From: an uncultured Gammaproteobacteria bacterium
GTDB lineage: Bacteria; Pseudomonadota; Gammaproteobacteria; GCA-002705445; GCA-002716945
Direction of reading: 5' to 3'
Assembly (NCBI GenBank): GCA_905479195.1
Contig: CAJQLO010000001.1
Coordinates: 212,340 to 276,339, forward strand
Length of the DNA stretch: 64,000 bases
The notes under the pieces are model-generated. The model had not been told where the DNA came from, made no database searches, and saw only the letters and a list, made by a program, of their open reading frames with translations. The position numbers and the translations under genes are program-made. Shown here piece after piece: positions 1 to 13,099 of this stretch (position 1 is the stretch's first letter; each line of letters starts with the position of its first letter).

Positions 1-230
1 ATAACATGATTCTCTATGGTATTCATTTTTCTTAACTGCTCAGTCTCTAAGCCTCTAAAGTGTTCCTCACCAAATTCTTCAAAAATATCAGGAATACTAT
101 ATCCACAACTTCTTATTATTTCATGATCAGTATCAAGAAAAGACAAATTATTATTTTTTGCCAGCATTTTTCCTATGGAAGTTTTCCCAGAACCCATTGA
201 GCCAACTATGAATATATTTTTAAAATCCAT
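1..230 (-). CDS. aroK: shikimate kinase, N-terminal part only (gene continues past left window edge)
   Basis: Reverse-strand translation from the ATG at 230-228 gives MDFKNIFIVGSMGSGKTSIGKMLAKNNNLSFLDTDHEIIRSCGYSIPDIFEEFGEEHFR... This shows a Walker A motif followed by the D-[ST]-D motif and is colinear with the E. coli AroK N-terminus. It starts 4 nt after the hemE stop. Confidence 0.8.
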   Translation of the reverse strand, partial: MDFKNIFIVGSMGSGKTSIGKMLAKNNNLSFLDTDHEIIRSCGYSIPDIFEEFGEEHFRGLETEQLRKMNTIENHV

Positions 231-234
231 AACC

Positions 235-2713
<2,479 letters not shown>

Positions 2714-2781
2714 CTAAAATTATACTATATATGTTGGCTATATAACTAACTTATTACAGAACATTGCTTTTAATTAAATTA

Positions 2782-3240
2782 TTATTTATCTAAAAGTTGT
2801 TTAACATGCCTACTAACCAATGACATATCTGCGTTATCCCCATGGAGTTTTTTCACGTCAGCCATCACTTTCCCCATATCTTTAATGGAATCAGCTTGGC
2901 AGTTTTTTATTGATTCTTTTATCGCTTCTATGATTTCATCTTCAGGCATTTCTTCAGGCAGATATATACCAATAATATCCATCTCATTTTTTTCTTTATC
3001 AGCTAAATCAATCCTTCCAGCTTTAGTAAACTGATCAAATGATTCCTGGTTTCTCTTAAGAACTCTTTTTATAACCTGTATTGTTTGGCTTTCAGAAAGA
3101 ATTATACCCTTATCTTTTTCTTCTTGTTTTATAAAAGATGATGCAAATCTAAGAATTTCGACCTTTTCTTTCTCACCAGATTTCATGAAACGAATAAGAT
3201 CTTCTTGTATTTTTAATTTGGTTGATTGATCAGACATCAA
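2782..3240 (-). CDS. yqeY: GatB/YqeY domain protein
   Basis: 152 aa with YqeY-like repeats of charged helices. It sits immediately downstream of rpsU, as in many bacteria. Confidence 0.75.
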   Translation of the reverse strand: MMSDQSTKLKIQEDLIRFMKSGEKEKVEILRFASSFIKQEEKDKGIILSESQTIQVIKRVLKRNQESFDQFTKAGRIDLADKEKNEMDIIGIYLPEEMPEDEIIEAIKESIKNCQADSIKDMGKVMADVKKLHGDNADMSLVSRHVKQLLDK

Positions 3241-3244
3241 TGGG

Positions 3245-3469
3245 TTAGAATTTTTTATATGGAGGTTTTTTTCTTATTGCAGACATACTAATTTTTCTTT
3301 TATGTCGTTTTGTAGCTGCAGCATCTTTTCTTTTTCTCATAGCAGTTGGTTTCTCATAGAATTCTCTTCGACGAGTCTCAGTTAAGATCCCAGCTTTTTC
3401 GCAACCTCTTTTAAACCTTCTTAAGGCAATTTCAAAAGGTTCATTTTCTCTAATTTGTACACTTGGCAT
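3245..3469 (-). CDS. rpsU: 30S ribosomal protein S21
   Basis: [42 protein letters not shown]... is the canonical S21 sequence. Confidence 0.95.
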   Translation of the reverse strand: MPSVQIRENEPFEIALRRFKRGCEKAGILTETRRREFYEKPTAMRKRKDAAATKRHKRKISMSAIRKKPPYKKF

Positions 3470-3555
3470 AAAATTATTTAAAATAGTTTATAATGGCGTA
3501 ATATTACTTGATTATATTAATAAAGCAATAGATTTAAAGTAACTTTGGGGGTTAC

Positions 3556-4551
3556 ATGATAGTTTTAGGTATAGAATCTTCTTGTGACGAGACAGGTTTA
3601 GCGTTATTTGATTCAGAAAAGGGCATGATAGGTCATATTGTCAATTCTCAACATGATATACATGGTAAATACGGAGGGGTTGTCCCTGAGTTAGCCTCAA
3701 GAGACCATGTTTTAAAGTTAGTTCCTTTACTTGATCAACTACTAAGCCAAAAGGAAATTCCTTTATCAGATATTAGTTTAATTGCATTCACTAATGGCCC
3801 AGGTCTGCTTGGGCCGCTCTTAACAGGAGCATCTTTTGCCAAATCTTTAGCTTGGTCGCTTAAAATTAAGTCCATAGAGATAGACCATTTAGAGGCACAT
3901 ATATTTTCACCTATGATTACGGAAAAAGAGTTAAAGCTTCCATTTATTTCATTACTGGTGTCTGGAGGTCATACGATATTAACTTTAGTTAAAGATAACT
4001 CAACTTATAAAGTTCTTGGGAAAACTCTTGATGATTCTGCGGGAGAAGTTTTTGATAAAGTTGCTAGACATCTAGGTTTGCCATATCCAGGAGGACCTGA
4101 GATTTCCAAAGCATCTTCTAAAGTTAATAGATCTTCATATAAGTTCCCAAGACCCATGATTAAAACAAGTTGTTACAATTTCAGTTTTAGCGGACTTAAG
4201 ACTCATGTCACGCAATTAATTAATAAAACTCAATTGAACGATTCACTCATATCAGATATTGCTTACGATTTTGAAAATGCAATTATTGATGTATTAATTA
4301 CAAAAACTTTAAGAGCTGCCAGAGAACATAATATAGAGAATATAGTAATTGCTGGCGGGGTAAGTGCTAATGAAAAACTTAGAGCAAGATGTAATACAGA
4401 GAAGGGTGAAAAAAAAATCTTTTTTCCAGACATGGCTTATAGTACTGATAATGGCGCAATGATAGCTTATATGGGCTGGCTGAAGTTATCAAAAATATCA
4501 ATAAGTAACTCTCTTGAAATAAACCCCAACCCTTCATCAAGATTCGTTTGA
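3556..4551 (+). CDS. tsaD: tRNA N6-adenosine threonylcarbamoyltransferase
   Basis: 331 aa. Starts with the VLGIESSCDETGLAL motif. Divergent from rpsU as in E. coli. Confidence 0.95.
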   Translation: MIVLGIESSCDETGLALFDSEKGMIGHIVNSQHDIHGKYGGVVPELASRDHVLKLVPLLDQLLSQKEIPLSDISLIAFTNGPGLLGPLLTGASFAKSLAWSLKIKSIEIDHLEAHIFSPMITEKELKLPFISLLVSGGHTILTLVKDNSTYKVLGKTLDDSAGEVFDKVARHLGLPYPGGPEISKASSKVNRSSYKFPRPMIKTSCYNFSFSGLKTHVTQLINKTQLNDSLISDIAYDFENAIIDVLITKTLRAAREHNIENIVIAGGVSANEKLRARCNTEKGEKKIFFPDMAYSTDNGAMIAYMGWLKLSKISISNSLEINPNPSSRFV

Positions 4552-5127
4552 CAAGAAACCCACGATATTTTTTTTATGTGTCATAAATATGAATAATACA
4601 TTAATAAATGATATAGCTATCATGTATAGGTCGGCTGATGCTATAAACATAAATAGCGGCAAGAGTAAAAAACCAATCAGTGCAGATAGCCCAGATACTT
4701 TAAAAATATAATATGTTAGTAGCCAAGTCATAATTAATAATCCTGCTGTTATATAATTTAGTGCAATCAAAATACCGATTGATGTAGCGACACCTTTCCC
4801 GCCTTTAAAATTTAAGGTGATAGGAAAGACATGGCCTATTAATAAAAAAAATGATAACAGGTAAACTTGATGTATAGAAATACTCATATCTATTAAAAAA
4901 AGTATAGGCACAAGACCTTTAAGGCCATCACCAATCAATGTTAAGAAGGCAGCATATTTATTACCGCTCCTTAGCACATTAGTTGCTCCAGGGTTTTTTG
5001 AGCCAAAAGACCTGGGATCTGGTAAATTAAATATTTTTGAACTTATAATAGCGAATGGTATTGAGCCTATGAGGTATAATACTAGGGAAATAATAAGCAT
5101 TTCCAAGTTGACGATATTTTCTAACAT
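4537..5127 (-). CDS. plsY: glycerol-3-phosphate acyltransferase PlsY
   Basis: 196-aa polytopic membrane protein with the GSKNPGATNVLR motif. Its 3' end overlaps the tsaD 3' end by 15 nt (convergent). Confidence 0.9.
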   Translation of the reverse strand: MLENIVNLEMLIISLVLYLIGSIPFAIISSKIFNLPDPRSFGSKNPGATNVLRSGNKYAAFLTLIGDGLKGLVPILFLIDMSISIHQVYLLSFFLLIGHVFPITLNFKGGKGVATSIGILIALNYITAGLLIMTWLLTYYIFKVSGLSALIGFLLLPLFMFIASADLYMIAISFINVLFIFMTHKKNIVGFLSNES

Positions 5128-5179
5128 CTGATTAATATATAATTATTATTAGATTAATAATAGTTAAGCTTTATATAAT

Positions 5180-5905
5180 ATGCATGATTCAAATATAATT
5201 TTTTTACATGGATGGCTCTTTGATAAACGCATCTGGTGTCATTTAGATAAATTTTTTAAAAATAATTTTAATACTAATATGTATGATTTACCGGGATATG
5301 ACAGCAACACCCTATTAAAAATAAGCCCTCAGGAATACTGTGACAGAATTTTTGAAAGCGTCAAAAAAGATACAGTTATAGTAGGATATTCATATGGAGG
5401 ATTATTAGCACTAAATAGTTTTCAGAATTATCAGAAAAATATTAAAAAACTTATATTAATTAATTGTAACTTAGACACTGAAGAGCAGGGAGATAATATT
5501 TTAAATTTTAGAAATATAACCACTCTACAAAATTCTCTAACTATCAATAGAAAAAAATCTTTAAAAAAATTTATGTATGAATGCGTTAAAAATTCTAAAT
5601 ATTACAAAACTGAGTTTTCACATCTTATTAAAACATTCACTGATAATAGTCTACCTAGCACATCAACATTATTAGACAATTTAGATGACTTAAAGACTCC
5701 AGTAAGTATTAACTGTGGTTTTGATAAACAAGAAGATATACTTCTAATTAGTACTGAAAAAGATCATTTTATGAGTAATAAAGAGACATATATGGTAAAC
5801 AATAGTGCCATTAAGGAGGAGATTATTCCTGGCTTGGGTCATATACCTTTTATATCTGGAAATAATCAAATATATAATTTAATAAGAATTTTTATTAATA
5901 ACTAA
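5180..5905 (+). CDS. bioH: alpha/beta hydrolase, probable pimeloyl-ACP methyl ester esterase
   Basis: 241 aa with the GYSYGG nucleophile elbow (GxSxG) and a late GHIPF His motif. The bioH call rests on its position 1 nt upstream of bioC. Confidence 0.6.
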   Translation: MHDSNIIFLHGWLFDKRIWCHLDKFFKNNFNTNMYDLPGYDSNTLLKISPQEYCDRIFESVKKDTVIVGYSYGGLLALNSFQNYQKNIKKLILINCNLDTEEQGDNILNFRNITTLQNSLTINRKKSLKKFMYECVKNSKYYKTEFSHLIKTFTDNSLPSTSTLLDNLDDLKTPVSINCGFDKQEDILLISTEKDHFMSNKETYMVNNSAIKEEIIPGLGHIPFISGNNQIYNLIRIFINN

Positions 5906-5906
5906 T

Positions 5907-6731
5907 ATGGCAAATTACAAAAAAAGAATTCAGCAGGCTTTTAATACGAAAGCATCTTCTTATGACGAATATTCAGTCGCTCAAAGGGAGGTGGGAAGAA
6001 GGATGATTGAAAGATTAGATTTATTAAAATTTAAACCATTAAATATTTTAGATTTAGGGAGCGGAACAGGTTATTTAGCTGAGTTATTATTTGCTAAATT
6101 TCCAGAATCAAATGTAACTTGTTTAGATTTAGCTGAAAATATGCTTCTTAAGTGTAGAGAAAAAGCTCCAAATCTTAACCTAATTATATCGGATATTGAG
6201 AACATGCCTTTTAGACCAGCATCTTTTGATTTAATAATATCAAGCTTTACCCTGCATTGGTGCGAGGAAATAGAGAAAATATTTCATGATGTACGGAAGT
6301 CTTTAAAGGGTGATGGTATATTTATGTTTACTACAGTTGGCCCAAATACTTTAAGGGAATTACAAGAAGCTTATACATATATTGATATTGAACAACATGT
6401 TAATTCTTTTACCGATATGCATATGTATGGAGATTCTTTATTAAAATGCGGCTTTGATGATCCTGTTATGGATGTAGAAGAAATTATAGTTGAATATTCA
6501 TCATTCAAAGGAGTACTTAACTCCCTTAAAAAAACAGGCGCAAATACTGTTATTGGCCAAGAACCGTCTCATATAACCAAGAAATCATACATAGAATTAT
6601 CTAATGTTTACCCTAAAAATGATGATAATGGTAAATTTCCAGTAACATATGAGATGATCTATGGAATGTCATGGAATAGGGTAAAGAAAAATATTGACAA
6701 TACTGGGGTTATTCCGATTAAAAAGATTTAA
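5907..6731 (+). CDS. bioC: malonyl-ACP O-methyltransferase
   Basis: 274 aa. Has the QQAFNTKASSYDEYSVAQREV start and the LDLGSGTG SAM motif typical of BioC. Confidence 0.75.
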   Translation: MANYKKRIQQAFNTKASSYDEYSVAQREVGRRMIERLDLLKFKPLNILDLGSGTGYLAELLFAKFPESNVTCLDLAENMLLKCREKAPNLNLIISDIENMPFRPASFDLIISSFTLHWCEEIEKIFHDVRKSLKGDGIFMFTTVGPNTLRELQEAYTYIDIEQHVNSFTDMHMYGDSLLKCGFDDPVMDVEEIIVEYSSFKGVLNSLKKTGANTVIGQEPSHITKKSYIELSNVYPKNDDNGKFPVTYEMIYGMSWNRVKKNIDNTGVIPIKKI

Positions 6732-6803
6732 TTTTGTTAAATTAGAAATTCCATAAATACTAATATTTTGTTATTATAAAATTCATTAAATAAAGGATGA
6801 TTA

Positions 6804-7598
6804 ATGAGAATATCTAATATTTTATTAATGGTTATTTTCCCAACAGCTGCACTAGCTGAGTGGGAAACAAATATGCCAAGAGGTGTCACTCCTACAAGTG
6901 AAGTTGCATATGATTTACATATGTTAATTTTCTATATAACTGTAGTTATTGGAATAGTTGTATTTGGAGCAATGTTATATTCAATTCTTTACCATCGTAA
7001 ATCTCTAGGACATAAACCAGCTAAATTTCATGAAAGTACTAAAGTTGAGATAATATGGACAGTAATTCCATTTATCATCTTGGTTGGAATGGCTGTTCCT
7101 GCAACAAAAGCTCTAATAATGATGGAAGATACGAGAGATTCAGAAATTACCTTGAAGGTAACTGGATACCAATGGATGTGGCAATATGAATATCTAGAAG
7201 ATAATGTGACTTTCTTTAGTAAAATTTCTGATGAAAGCAATGCTGCAAGAAGACTAGGTTCTGGTGTCGACGTAACAACTGTTGATAATTATTTACGGGA
7301 TGTAGACCATGCTATTGTTCTACCTACGAATACAAAGGTAAGAATACTTTTAACAGCCAATGATGTAATTCATGCATGGTGGGTCCCAGAATTAGGTGGG
7401 AAAAAAGATGCGATACCTGGTTACGTTAATGAGATTTGGGTTGATATTAAAGAGCCCGGTACATATAGAGGACAGTGCGCTGAATTATGTGGGAAAGATC
7501 ATGGGTTTATGCCAATTGTTGTGCATGCAGTTTCTAAGCCAGAATATTATAAGTGGGTAGGTATCCAAAAAACTAATAGAGTAGCTAAAAATAAATAA
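6804..7598 (+). CDS. coxB: cytochrome c oxidase (aa3-type) subunit II
   Basis: 264 aa with a signal sequence and two TM helices. CuA site: HAWWVPELGGKKDAIPG...CAELCGKDHGFM. Confidence 0.95.
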   Translation: MRISNILLMVIFPTAALAEWETNMPRGVTPTSEVAYDLHMLIFYITVVIGIVVFGAMLYSILYHRKSLGHKPAKFHESTKVEIIWTVIPFIILVGMAVPATKALIMMEDTRDSEITLKVTGYQWMWQYEYLEDNVTFFSKISDESNAARRLGSGVDVTTVDNYLRDVDHAIVLPTNTKVRILLTANDVIHAWWVPELGGKKDAIPGYVNEIWVDIKEPGTYRGQCAELCGKDHGFMPIVVHAVSKPEYYKWVGIQKTNRVAKNK

Positions 7599-7610
7599 AC
7601 GGAAAATTTT

Positions 7611-9191
7611 ATGAGTACTGATATAGAGAAATTACATGATGACCATGACCATGGACCAAGCAGCGGTATCATGAGATGGATCACGACAACTAATCATAAA
7701 GACATAGGAACTATGTATCTATGGTTCAGTTTGATTATGTTTTTTATAGGCGGTTTAATGGCTTTAGTGATTAGGGCAGAATTATTTCAGCCTGGATTAC
7801 AGTTAGTTGTACCTGGTTTTTTTAATCAAATGACAACTATGCATGCGCTGGTAATGATATTTGGTGCTGTAATGCCTGCTTTTGTAGGGTTAGCAAATTG
7901 GCAGTTACCAATTATGATTGGTGCCCCTGATATGGCTTTACCAAGATTAAATAATTGGAGTTTCTGGATATTACCTTTTGCATTTACAATGATGCTTAGT
8001 ACTTTATTCATGGAAAGTGGTGGCCCAGCAGCTGGTTGGACATTGTATCCGCCATTATCACTTCAAGGTGGCGATTCATTTCCATTTACAATTTTAGCTA
8101 TACATATGCTTGGAGTATCATCGATACTAGGAGCAATTAATGTTATCGCAACAATTCTTAATATGAGAGCACCAGGCATGACATTGATGAAAATGCCTAT
8201 ATTTGTATGGACATGGTTAATTACAGCTTTCTTATTAATTGCATCTATGCCGGTATTAGCAGGAGCTGTAACAATGCTTCTCACTGATAAATTTTTTGGA
8301 ACAATGTTCTTCACAGCCTCAGGAGGCGGTGACCCAGTTATGTTTCAGCATATTTTCTGGTTTTTTGGACATCCTGAAGTATACATTTTAATACTACCTG
8401 CGTTTGGAATAGTCTCTACTATAATCCCTGCCTTTTCTAGAAAAAGATTATTCGGGTATGATTCTATGGTCTATGCTACTGCGTCTATTGCCTTGTTATC
8501 ATTTATTGTTTGGGCGCATCACATGTTTACTGTTGGTATGCCATTAGCAGGTGAAATATTTTTTATGTTTACAACGATGTTGATCGCTATACCTACGGGA
8601 GTAAAAGTATTTAATTGGGTTGCAACTATGTGGCGAGGATCAATGACTTTTGAGACGCCTATGTTATTTGCTATAGCATTTATTGTTTTATTCACGATTG
8701 GTGGTTTTTCAGGATTAATGTTAGCAATGGTACCGGCTGATTTTCAATACCATGATACGTATTTTGTGGTAGCACATTTCCATTATGTATTAGTTCCAGG
8801 GGCAGTTTTCGCTATCATGGCAGCAGTATATTATTGGCTACCTAAGTGGACTGGAAAAATGTATAACGAAGGATTAGGTAAATTACATTTTTGGCTAACA
8901 ACAATATTTGTGAATTTAACCTTCTTCCCAATGCATTTTGTAGGTTTAGCGGGAATGCCTAGAAGAATACCAGACTATGCAGTTCAATTTGCTGACTTTA
9001 ATGCAATTGCATCAGTAGGAGCATTTGGTTTTGGTTTATCTCAATTATTATTTGTTTATATTTTGTTTAATACACTTAAAAAAGATGTAACCGCAGAAGA
9101 TAAAGTTTGGGAAGGGGCCGAAGGACTGGAGTGGACATTATCATCTCCTCCTCCTTATCATTCATTTGAAAAAGCACCTACAGTTGACTAA
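7611..9191 (+). CDS. coxA: cytochrome c oxidase subunit I
   Basis: 526 aa with [17 protein letters not shown] and other canonical heme-copper oxidase motifs. Confidence 0.97.
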   Translation: MSTDIEKLHDDHDHGPSSGIMRWITTTNHKDIGTMYLWFSLIMFFIGGLMALVIRAELFQPGLQLVVPGFFNQMTTMHALVMIFGAVMPAFVGLANWQLPIMIGAPDMALPRLNNWSFWILPFAFTMMLSTLFMESGGPAAGWTLYPPLSLQGGDSFPFTILAIHMLGVSSILGAINVIATILNMRAPGMTLMKMPIFVWTWLITAFLLIASMPVLAGAVTMLLTDKFFGTMFFTASGGGDPVMFQHIFWFFGHPEVYILILPAFGIVSTIIPAFSRKRLFGYDSMVYATASIALLSFIVWAHHMFTVGMPLAGEIFFMFTTMLIAIPTGVKVFNWVATMWRGSMTFETPMLFAIAFIVLFTIGGFSGLMLAMVPADFQYHDTYFVVAHFHYVLVPGAVFAIMAAVYYWLPKWTGKMYNEGLGKLHFWLTTIFVNLTFFPMHFVGLAGMPRRIPDYAVQFADFNAIASVGAFGFGLSQLLFVYILFNTLKKDVTAEDKVWEGAEGLEWTLSSPPPYHSFEKAPTVD

Positions 9192-9718
9192 TGAGTAGTT
9201 TTAAAAAGACATATCTTTCTTTAACACTTTTCACAATATTTATGTTTTCATTTTCATATATGCTAGTGCCTCTATATGATATATTTTGTGAAATAACAGG
9301 TTTAAATGGAAAGACTAACCAAGAAAGAGTATTAGTGGTGAATGAAAACCCTTCAGAAAGGTTCGTAACAGTGAAGTTTACGTCTACCGTTGCTAATTCT
9401 GCACCCTTTACTTTCGAGCCTATAGATAGAGAGATGGTTGTTCAGGTTGGTAAAATATATAATACATTTTATACATTAACAAATAATACTACATCAGTTA
9501 AACATGCTACTGCGAGTCCTAGCGTTGTTCCACATGAAGACGCAGAGTATTTTAAAAAAATAGAATGTTTTTGTTTCAGTCAGCAACAAATAAATGGATT
9601 AGAAACAAAGGAATTGCCACTCCAGTTTATAATTGATAATGAATTAGATAATGACACTAGAACTTTGATATTATCTTACACAATGTTTAATACAACTGAT
9701 CAAGTAGGTTCTAAATAA
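9191..9718 (+). CDS. ctaG: cytochrome c oxidase assembly protein CtaG/Cox11
   Basis: 175 aa. N-terminal TM helix and the CFCF copper-binding motif (KIECFCFSQQ). Confidence 0.9.
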   Translation: MSSFKKTYLSLTLFTIFMFSFSYMLVPLYDIFCEITGLNGKTNQERVLVVNENPSERFVTVKFTSTVANSAPFTFEPIDREMVVQVGKIYNTFYTLTNNTTSVKHATASPSVVPHEDAEYFKKIECFCFSQQQINGLETKELPLQFIIDNELDNDTRTLILSYTMFNTTDQVGSK

Positions 9719-9731
9719 GGAGAATTAATTT

Positions 9732-10595
9732 ATGAGTGAATCTAATAGTTACTATGTGCCGCATGCATCAAGCTGGCCATTTTTAGCAACAGTTTCAGTT
9801 GTAGTATTATTTATTGGTGCTGCTAATTATATGAATGGCTATGCTTCTGGCTCAACTGTAATGCTTATGGGCTTAGCATTTTTATTGATAGTAAGTTATG
9901 GTTGGTTTTCAGCGGTAATTCAAGAAAGTGAAGCAGGGATATATAATGCGCAAGTTGATATATCATTTCGCTGGGGAATGGTTTGGTTCATCTTTTCAGA
10001 AGTTATGTTCTTCGCTGCATTTTTTGGCGCTCTTTATTATGCAAGAGAATTATCTCTTCCATGGTTGGGCGGTGAAGGCTCAAAGGTATCTACAAATCTA
10101 TTTTTATGGCCTCAGTTTGAAAGTGTGTGGCCTTCAAACGGACCGACAAATGCTAATGGAGAGTTCACTTTAGTTAAAGCTGGGGGAATTCCTGCAATCA
10201 ATACAATGTTATTATTGACAAGCGGTTTGACTGTGACATGGGCGCATCATGGTTTAAAAGAACAGAATAGAAAAAAATTAATTTATGGTTTAGCAACGAC
10301 TGTCTTACTAGGGTTTATATTTGTTGGTTTTCAAGCATATGAGTATATGCATGCTTATTCTGATTTAAATTTAAAAATGACATCCGGTATATATGGATCA
10401 ACATTCTATATGTTGACAGGTTTTCATGGATTCCATGTAACACTTGGAGCAATAATGCTAAGCGTTATTTTATTCAGATGTATGAAGGGTCATTTTGCAG
10501 GCGATAACCATTTTGGATTTGAAGCTGTAGCATGGTATTGGCATTTTGTTGATGTAGTATGGCTTGGTCTTTTTATCTTTGTTTATTGGCTTTAA
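9732..10595 (+). CDS. coxC: cytochrome c oxidase subunit III
   Basis: 287 aa with seven hydrophobic segments and the C-terminal AVAWYWHFVDVVWLGLF signature. Confidence 0.95.
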   Translation: MSESNSYYVPHASSWPFLATVSVVVLFIGAANYMNGYASGSTVMLMGLAFLLIVSYGWFSAVIQESEAGIYNAQVDISFRWGMVWFIFSEVMFFAAFFGALYYARELSLPWLGGEGSKVSTNLFLWPQFESVWPSNGPTNANGEFTLVKAGGIPAINTMLLLTSGLTVTWAHHGLKEQNRKKLIYGLATTVLLGFIFVGFQAYEYMHAYSDLNLKMTSGIYGSTFYMLTGFHGFHVTLGAIMLSVILFRCMKGHFAGDNHFGFEAVAWYWHFVDVVWLGLFIFVYWL

Positions 10596-10597
10596 AA

Positions 10598-10795
10598 TTA
10601 AATTCCATGAGGTTTTATTAGATCAAGATAATACCCTATTATTAGTGTAGCAAATAATAAAACGGAGAGTATTATTCTAGTCCTTAATGAGTTGAATCCA
10701 CGGTTAGATGACTTCTTATCTTTTATAATATAGAAAAATCCTGCCATTAGATTATAAATGATTAGCGCTAGTAATATTAATATTATATATTTCAT
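10598..10795 (-). CDS. small twin-TM membrane protein (DUF2909-like) of cox clusters
   Basis: 65 aa with two hydrophobic helices. It lies opposite-strand between coxC and SURF1, as I recall for other proteobacterial cox clusters. No direct functional evidence. Confidence 0.5.
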   Translation of the reverse strand: MKYIILILLALIIYNLMAGFFYIIKDKKSSNRGFNSLRTRIILSVLLFATLIIGYYLDLIKPHGI

Positions 10796-10837
10796 TTTAA
10801 AGGGATAAACTATATGTATTTAGCATACAAAAATTAA

Positions 10838-11524
10838 ATGATTAAAACTATTAAATTATTCTTTTTTTTGCCATTAATTATAATATGTTTGGTATTAGGG
10901 TTTTGGCAAATTGATCGAGGGCAGGAAAAGCTTGCTATATACAATGCGTTTGCTAATAAGTTAAAATATGATCCAATTAATTATAAAAATATAAAAAATA
11001 ATCCAGACCAATTTACTAGAGTAAGAATCAAAGGTAGTTACATTTCTGATACACAATTTTTACTTGATAATAAAGTTTTCAAAAAGAAAGCGGGATATGA
11101 GGTAATTACTCCATTACTGGTTGATAAAAAAATTGTTTTAATTAATAGAGGCTGGGTACATAACAACAGCCGTCAGTTTTTGCCAAACATAGAAATTACT
11201 AATTATGAACAGTCAATAACAGGATATGTTTATTATTATAATAGTAATTTTTATGACCTTGCTGATGATAAATATGTTTCATCATGGCCTCTTTTAATAC
11301 AAAATATTGAGATTCAAAAAATATCTAAATTACTTAATATGGATGTAGAACCATATGTTGTGATAATGAATGAGAAACAAGTAAACTCTTATGAAACTCA
11401 AAGCATTCAAAAGGATAACCCACAATTAAAGCATTATATGTATGCTGGTCAGTGGTTTTTATTTTCAATTATAGGGTTTATTTTTATGATAATTTTAATG
11501 AGTAAGGAAAAGCATAATGAATAG
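10838..11524 (+). CDS. SURF1 family cytochrome oxidase biogenesis protein
   Basis: 228 aa with N- and C-terminal TM helices and the GFWQIDRGQEK and INRGWV motifs typical of SURF1/Shy1. Confidence 0.8.
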   Translation: MIKTIKLFFFLPLIIICLVLGFWQIDRGQEKLAIYNAFANKLKYDPINYKNIKNNPDQFTRVRIKGSYISDTQFLLDNKVFKKKAGYEVITPLLVDKKIVLINRGWVHNNSRQFLPNIEITNYEQSITGYVYYYNSNFYDLADDKYVSSWPLLIQNIEIQKISKLLNMDVEPYVVIMNEKQVNSYETQSIQKDNPQLKHYMYAGQWFLFSIIGFIFMIILMSKEKHNE

Positions 11525-12086
11525 AGGACAGTTTAAATTAATAATAATAATGTCGATTTTTATTTTACCATTTTTTATTGCATATTTTATGCTTGATAAT
11601 TACTCTCCTGGGAAATCATATTCCACGACTAATTATGGTGATCTAGTTAAGCCAATAACAAATATTAGCAACACTGTTATTAATGACAATAATAATGAAA
11701 AGTCATTGCCAAAGGGTAAATGGCTGTTAATTTATTATGCAAATACTCAGTGCGGTGAAGAGTGTCTCCATGACATATATCTTATGAGACAAGTGAATAC
11801 TGCATTAGGTAAAAACATGGATAGATTACAAAGATTATTTTTATCAAATAAGGCGCTTGATGAGAATACTGAAATTAACTTACTCCAGTCTTATCCAAAT
11901 CTTATTCTTATAAAAAATAAACCTAATAAAATTCATGGTTTAATTAAGGGGATATCAGATAATAAAAATTCACTTTTATTAGTTGATCCTCTTGGAAATG
12001 TTATACTTAAGTATAATAGTAATTTTGATGGGAAAAAACTTCTCAAAGATATAAAAAAATTACTTAAACTTTCACGTGTTGGATAA
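11517..12086 (+). CDS. membrane-anchored CxxxC protein of the cox assembly cluster (possible SCO/thioredoxin-like fold)
   Basis: 189 aa with an N-terminal TM helix and GKWLLIYYANTQCGEECLHDIYLMRQV (Cx3C in a thioredoxin-like context). Overlaps SURF1 by 8 nt. Function inferred from position only. Confidence 0.45.
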   Translation: MNRGQFKLIIIMSIFILPFFIAYFMLDNYSPGKSYSTTNYGDLVKPITNISNTVINDNNNEKSLPKGKWLLIYYANTQCGEECLHDIYLMRQVNTALGKNMDRLQRLFLSNKALDENTEINLLQSYPNLILIKNKPNKIHGLIKGISDNKNSLLLVDPLGNVILKYNSNFDGKKLLKDIKKLLKLSRVG

Positions 12087-12088
12087 TT

Positions 12089-13087
12089 ATGTCATTACAT
12101 GTCTTAAGAAATATATGTATTTTCGGCGCCTTATACACCTTGGTTGTGATATCTGTGGGCGCATGGGTCAGGCTAACTGATGCAGGTTTAGGCTGCCCTG
12201 ATTGGCCGGGTTGCTATGGTATCTTGGGAACACCAGATACTGACACAGAGCTTTTAAGAGCTCAAGAGTTATACCCTGATGCTATTATCGATACTGGAAA
12301 AGCATGGAGGGAAATGTTTCATAGATACCTTGCCGGTATATTAGGAATTTTTGTTTTCTATATATCTTACCTTACAATTAAGTATGCCAAGCATGTGTCT
12401 AAAATTTTTCCAGTTACATTGTTTTTTCTTATAATTATTCAGTCACTTATGGGAATGTTGACTGTGACAGAGTTAGTTAAACCAACAATAGTGACAACAC
12501 ATCTAGTACTAGGGATGTCAACAGCAACACTATTATTATGGAATGGCTTGGAAGTTCAAAGACATAAGATTTTGAATTTAATAGATAAGAAGCTGGTTAT
12601 TTTAATAGTGCTTTGTATTGTTGGATTAATTTTTCAAATTATTCTAGGCGGTTGGACAAGTACAAATTATGCGTCATTAGCTTGCACAGATTTCCCTAAA
12701 TGTGATAATTCATGGTGGCCGTCTAACATGGATTATAAAAATGGTTTTACGGTTTTCAATTTACCCAACATCAATTATGAGCAGGCTCCGCTGATACATA
12801 ATGCAAAAGTTGCTATTCATTTCACTCACAGACTTGGAGCTTTATTATTAACAACACTATATGTGTATTTATTTTGGTATATATTTTTTAAACAGTCAAA
12901 TGTTAGAATTAAGATAATAAGCTCTATAATACTAGGTTTTTTTACATTACAAATTATTCTTGGTATAAGTAACGTTATTTATAGCCTCCCAATTAGTATT
13001 GCGGTATTACATACAGTTAACGCTTCAATAGTATTAATGGGCATGATTACACTTCTATATTATTCGACATACCATCCACAAAAGTGA
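12089..13087 (+). CDS. ctaA: heme A synthase (COX15/CtaA)
   Basis: 332-aa polytopic protein with GAWVRLTDAGLGCPDWPGCYG at the N-terminus and conserved His in TM helices. Confidence 0.85.
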   Translation: MSLHVLRNICIFGALYTLVVISVGAWVRLTDAGLGCPDWPGCYGILGTPDTDTELLRAQELYPDAIIDTGKAWREMFHRYLAGILGIFVFYISYLTIKYAKHVSKIFPVTLFFLIIIQSLMGMLTVTELVKPTIVTTHLVLGMSTATLLLWNGLEVQRHKILNLIDKKLVILIVLCIVGLIFQIILGGWTSTNYASLACTDFPKCDNSWWPSNMDYKNGFTVFNLPNINYEQAPLIHNAKVAIHFTHRLGALLLTTLYVYLFWYIFFKQSNVRIKIISSIILGFFTLQIILGISNVIYSLPISIAVLHTVNASIVLMGMITLLYYSTYHPQK

Positions 13088-13099
13088 TAAAATCTACTA

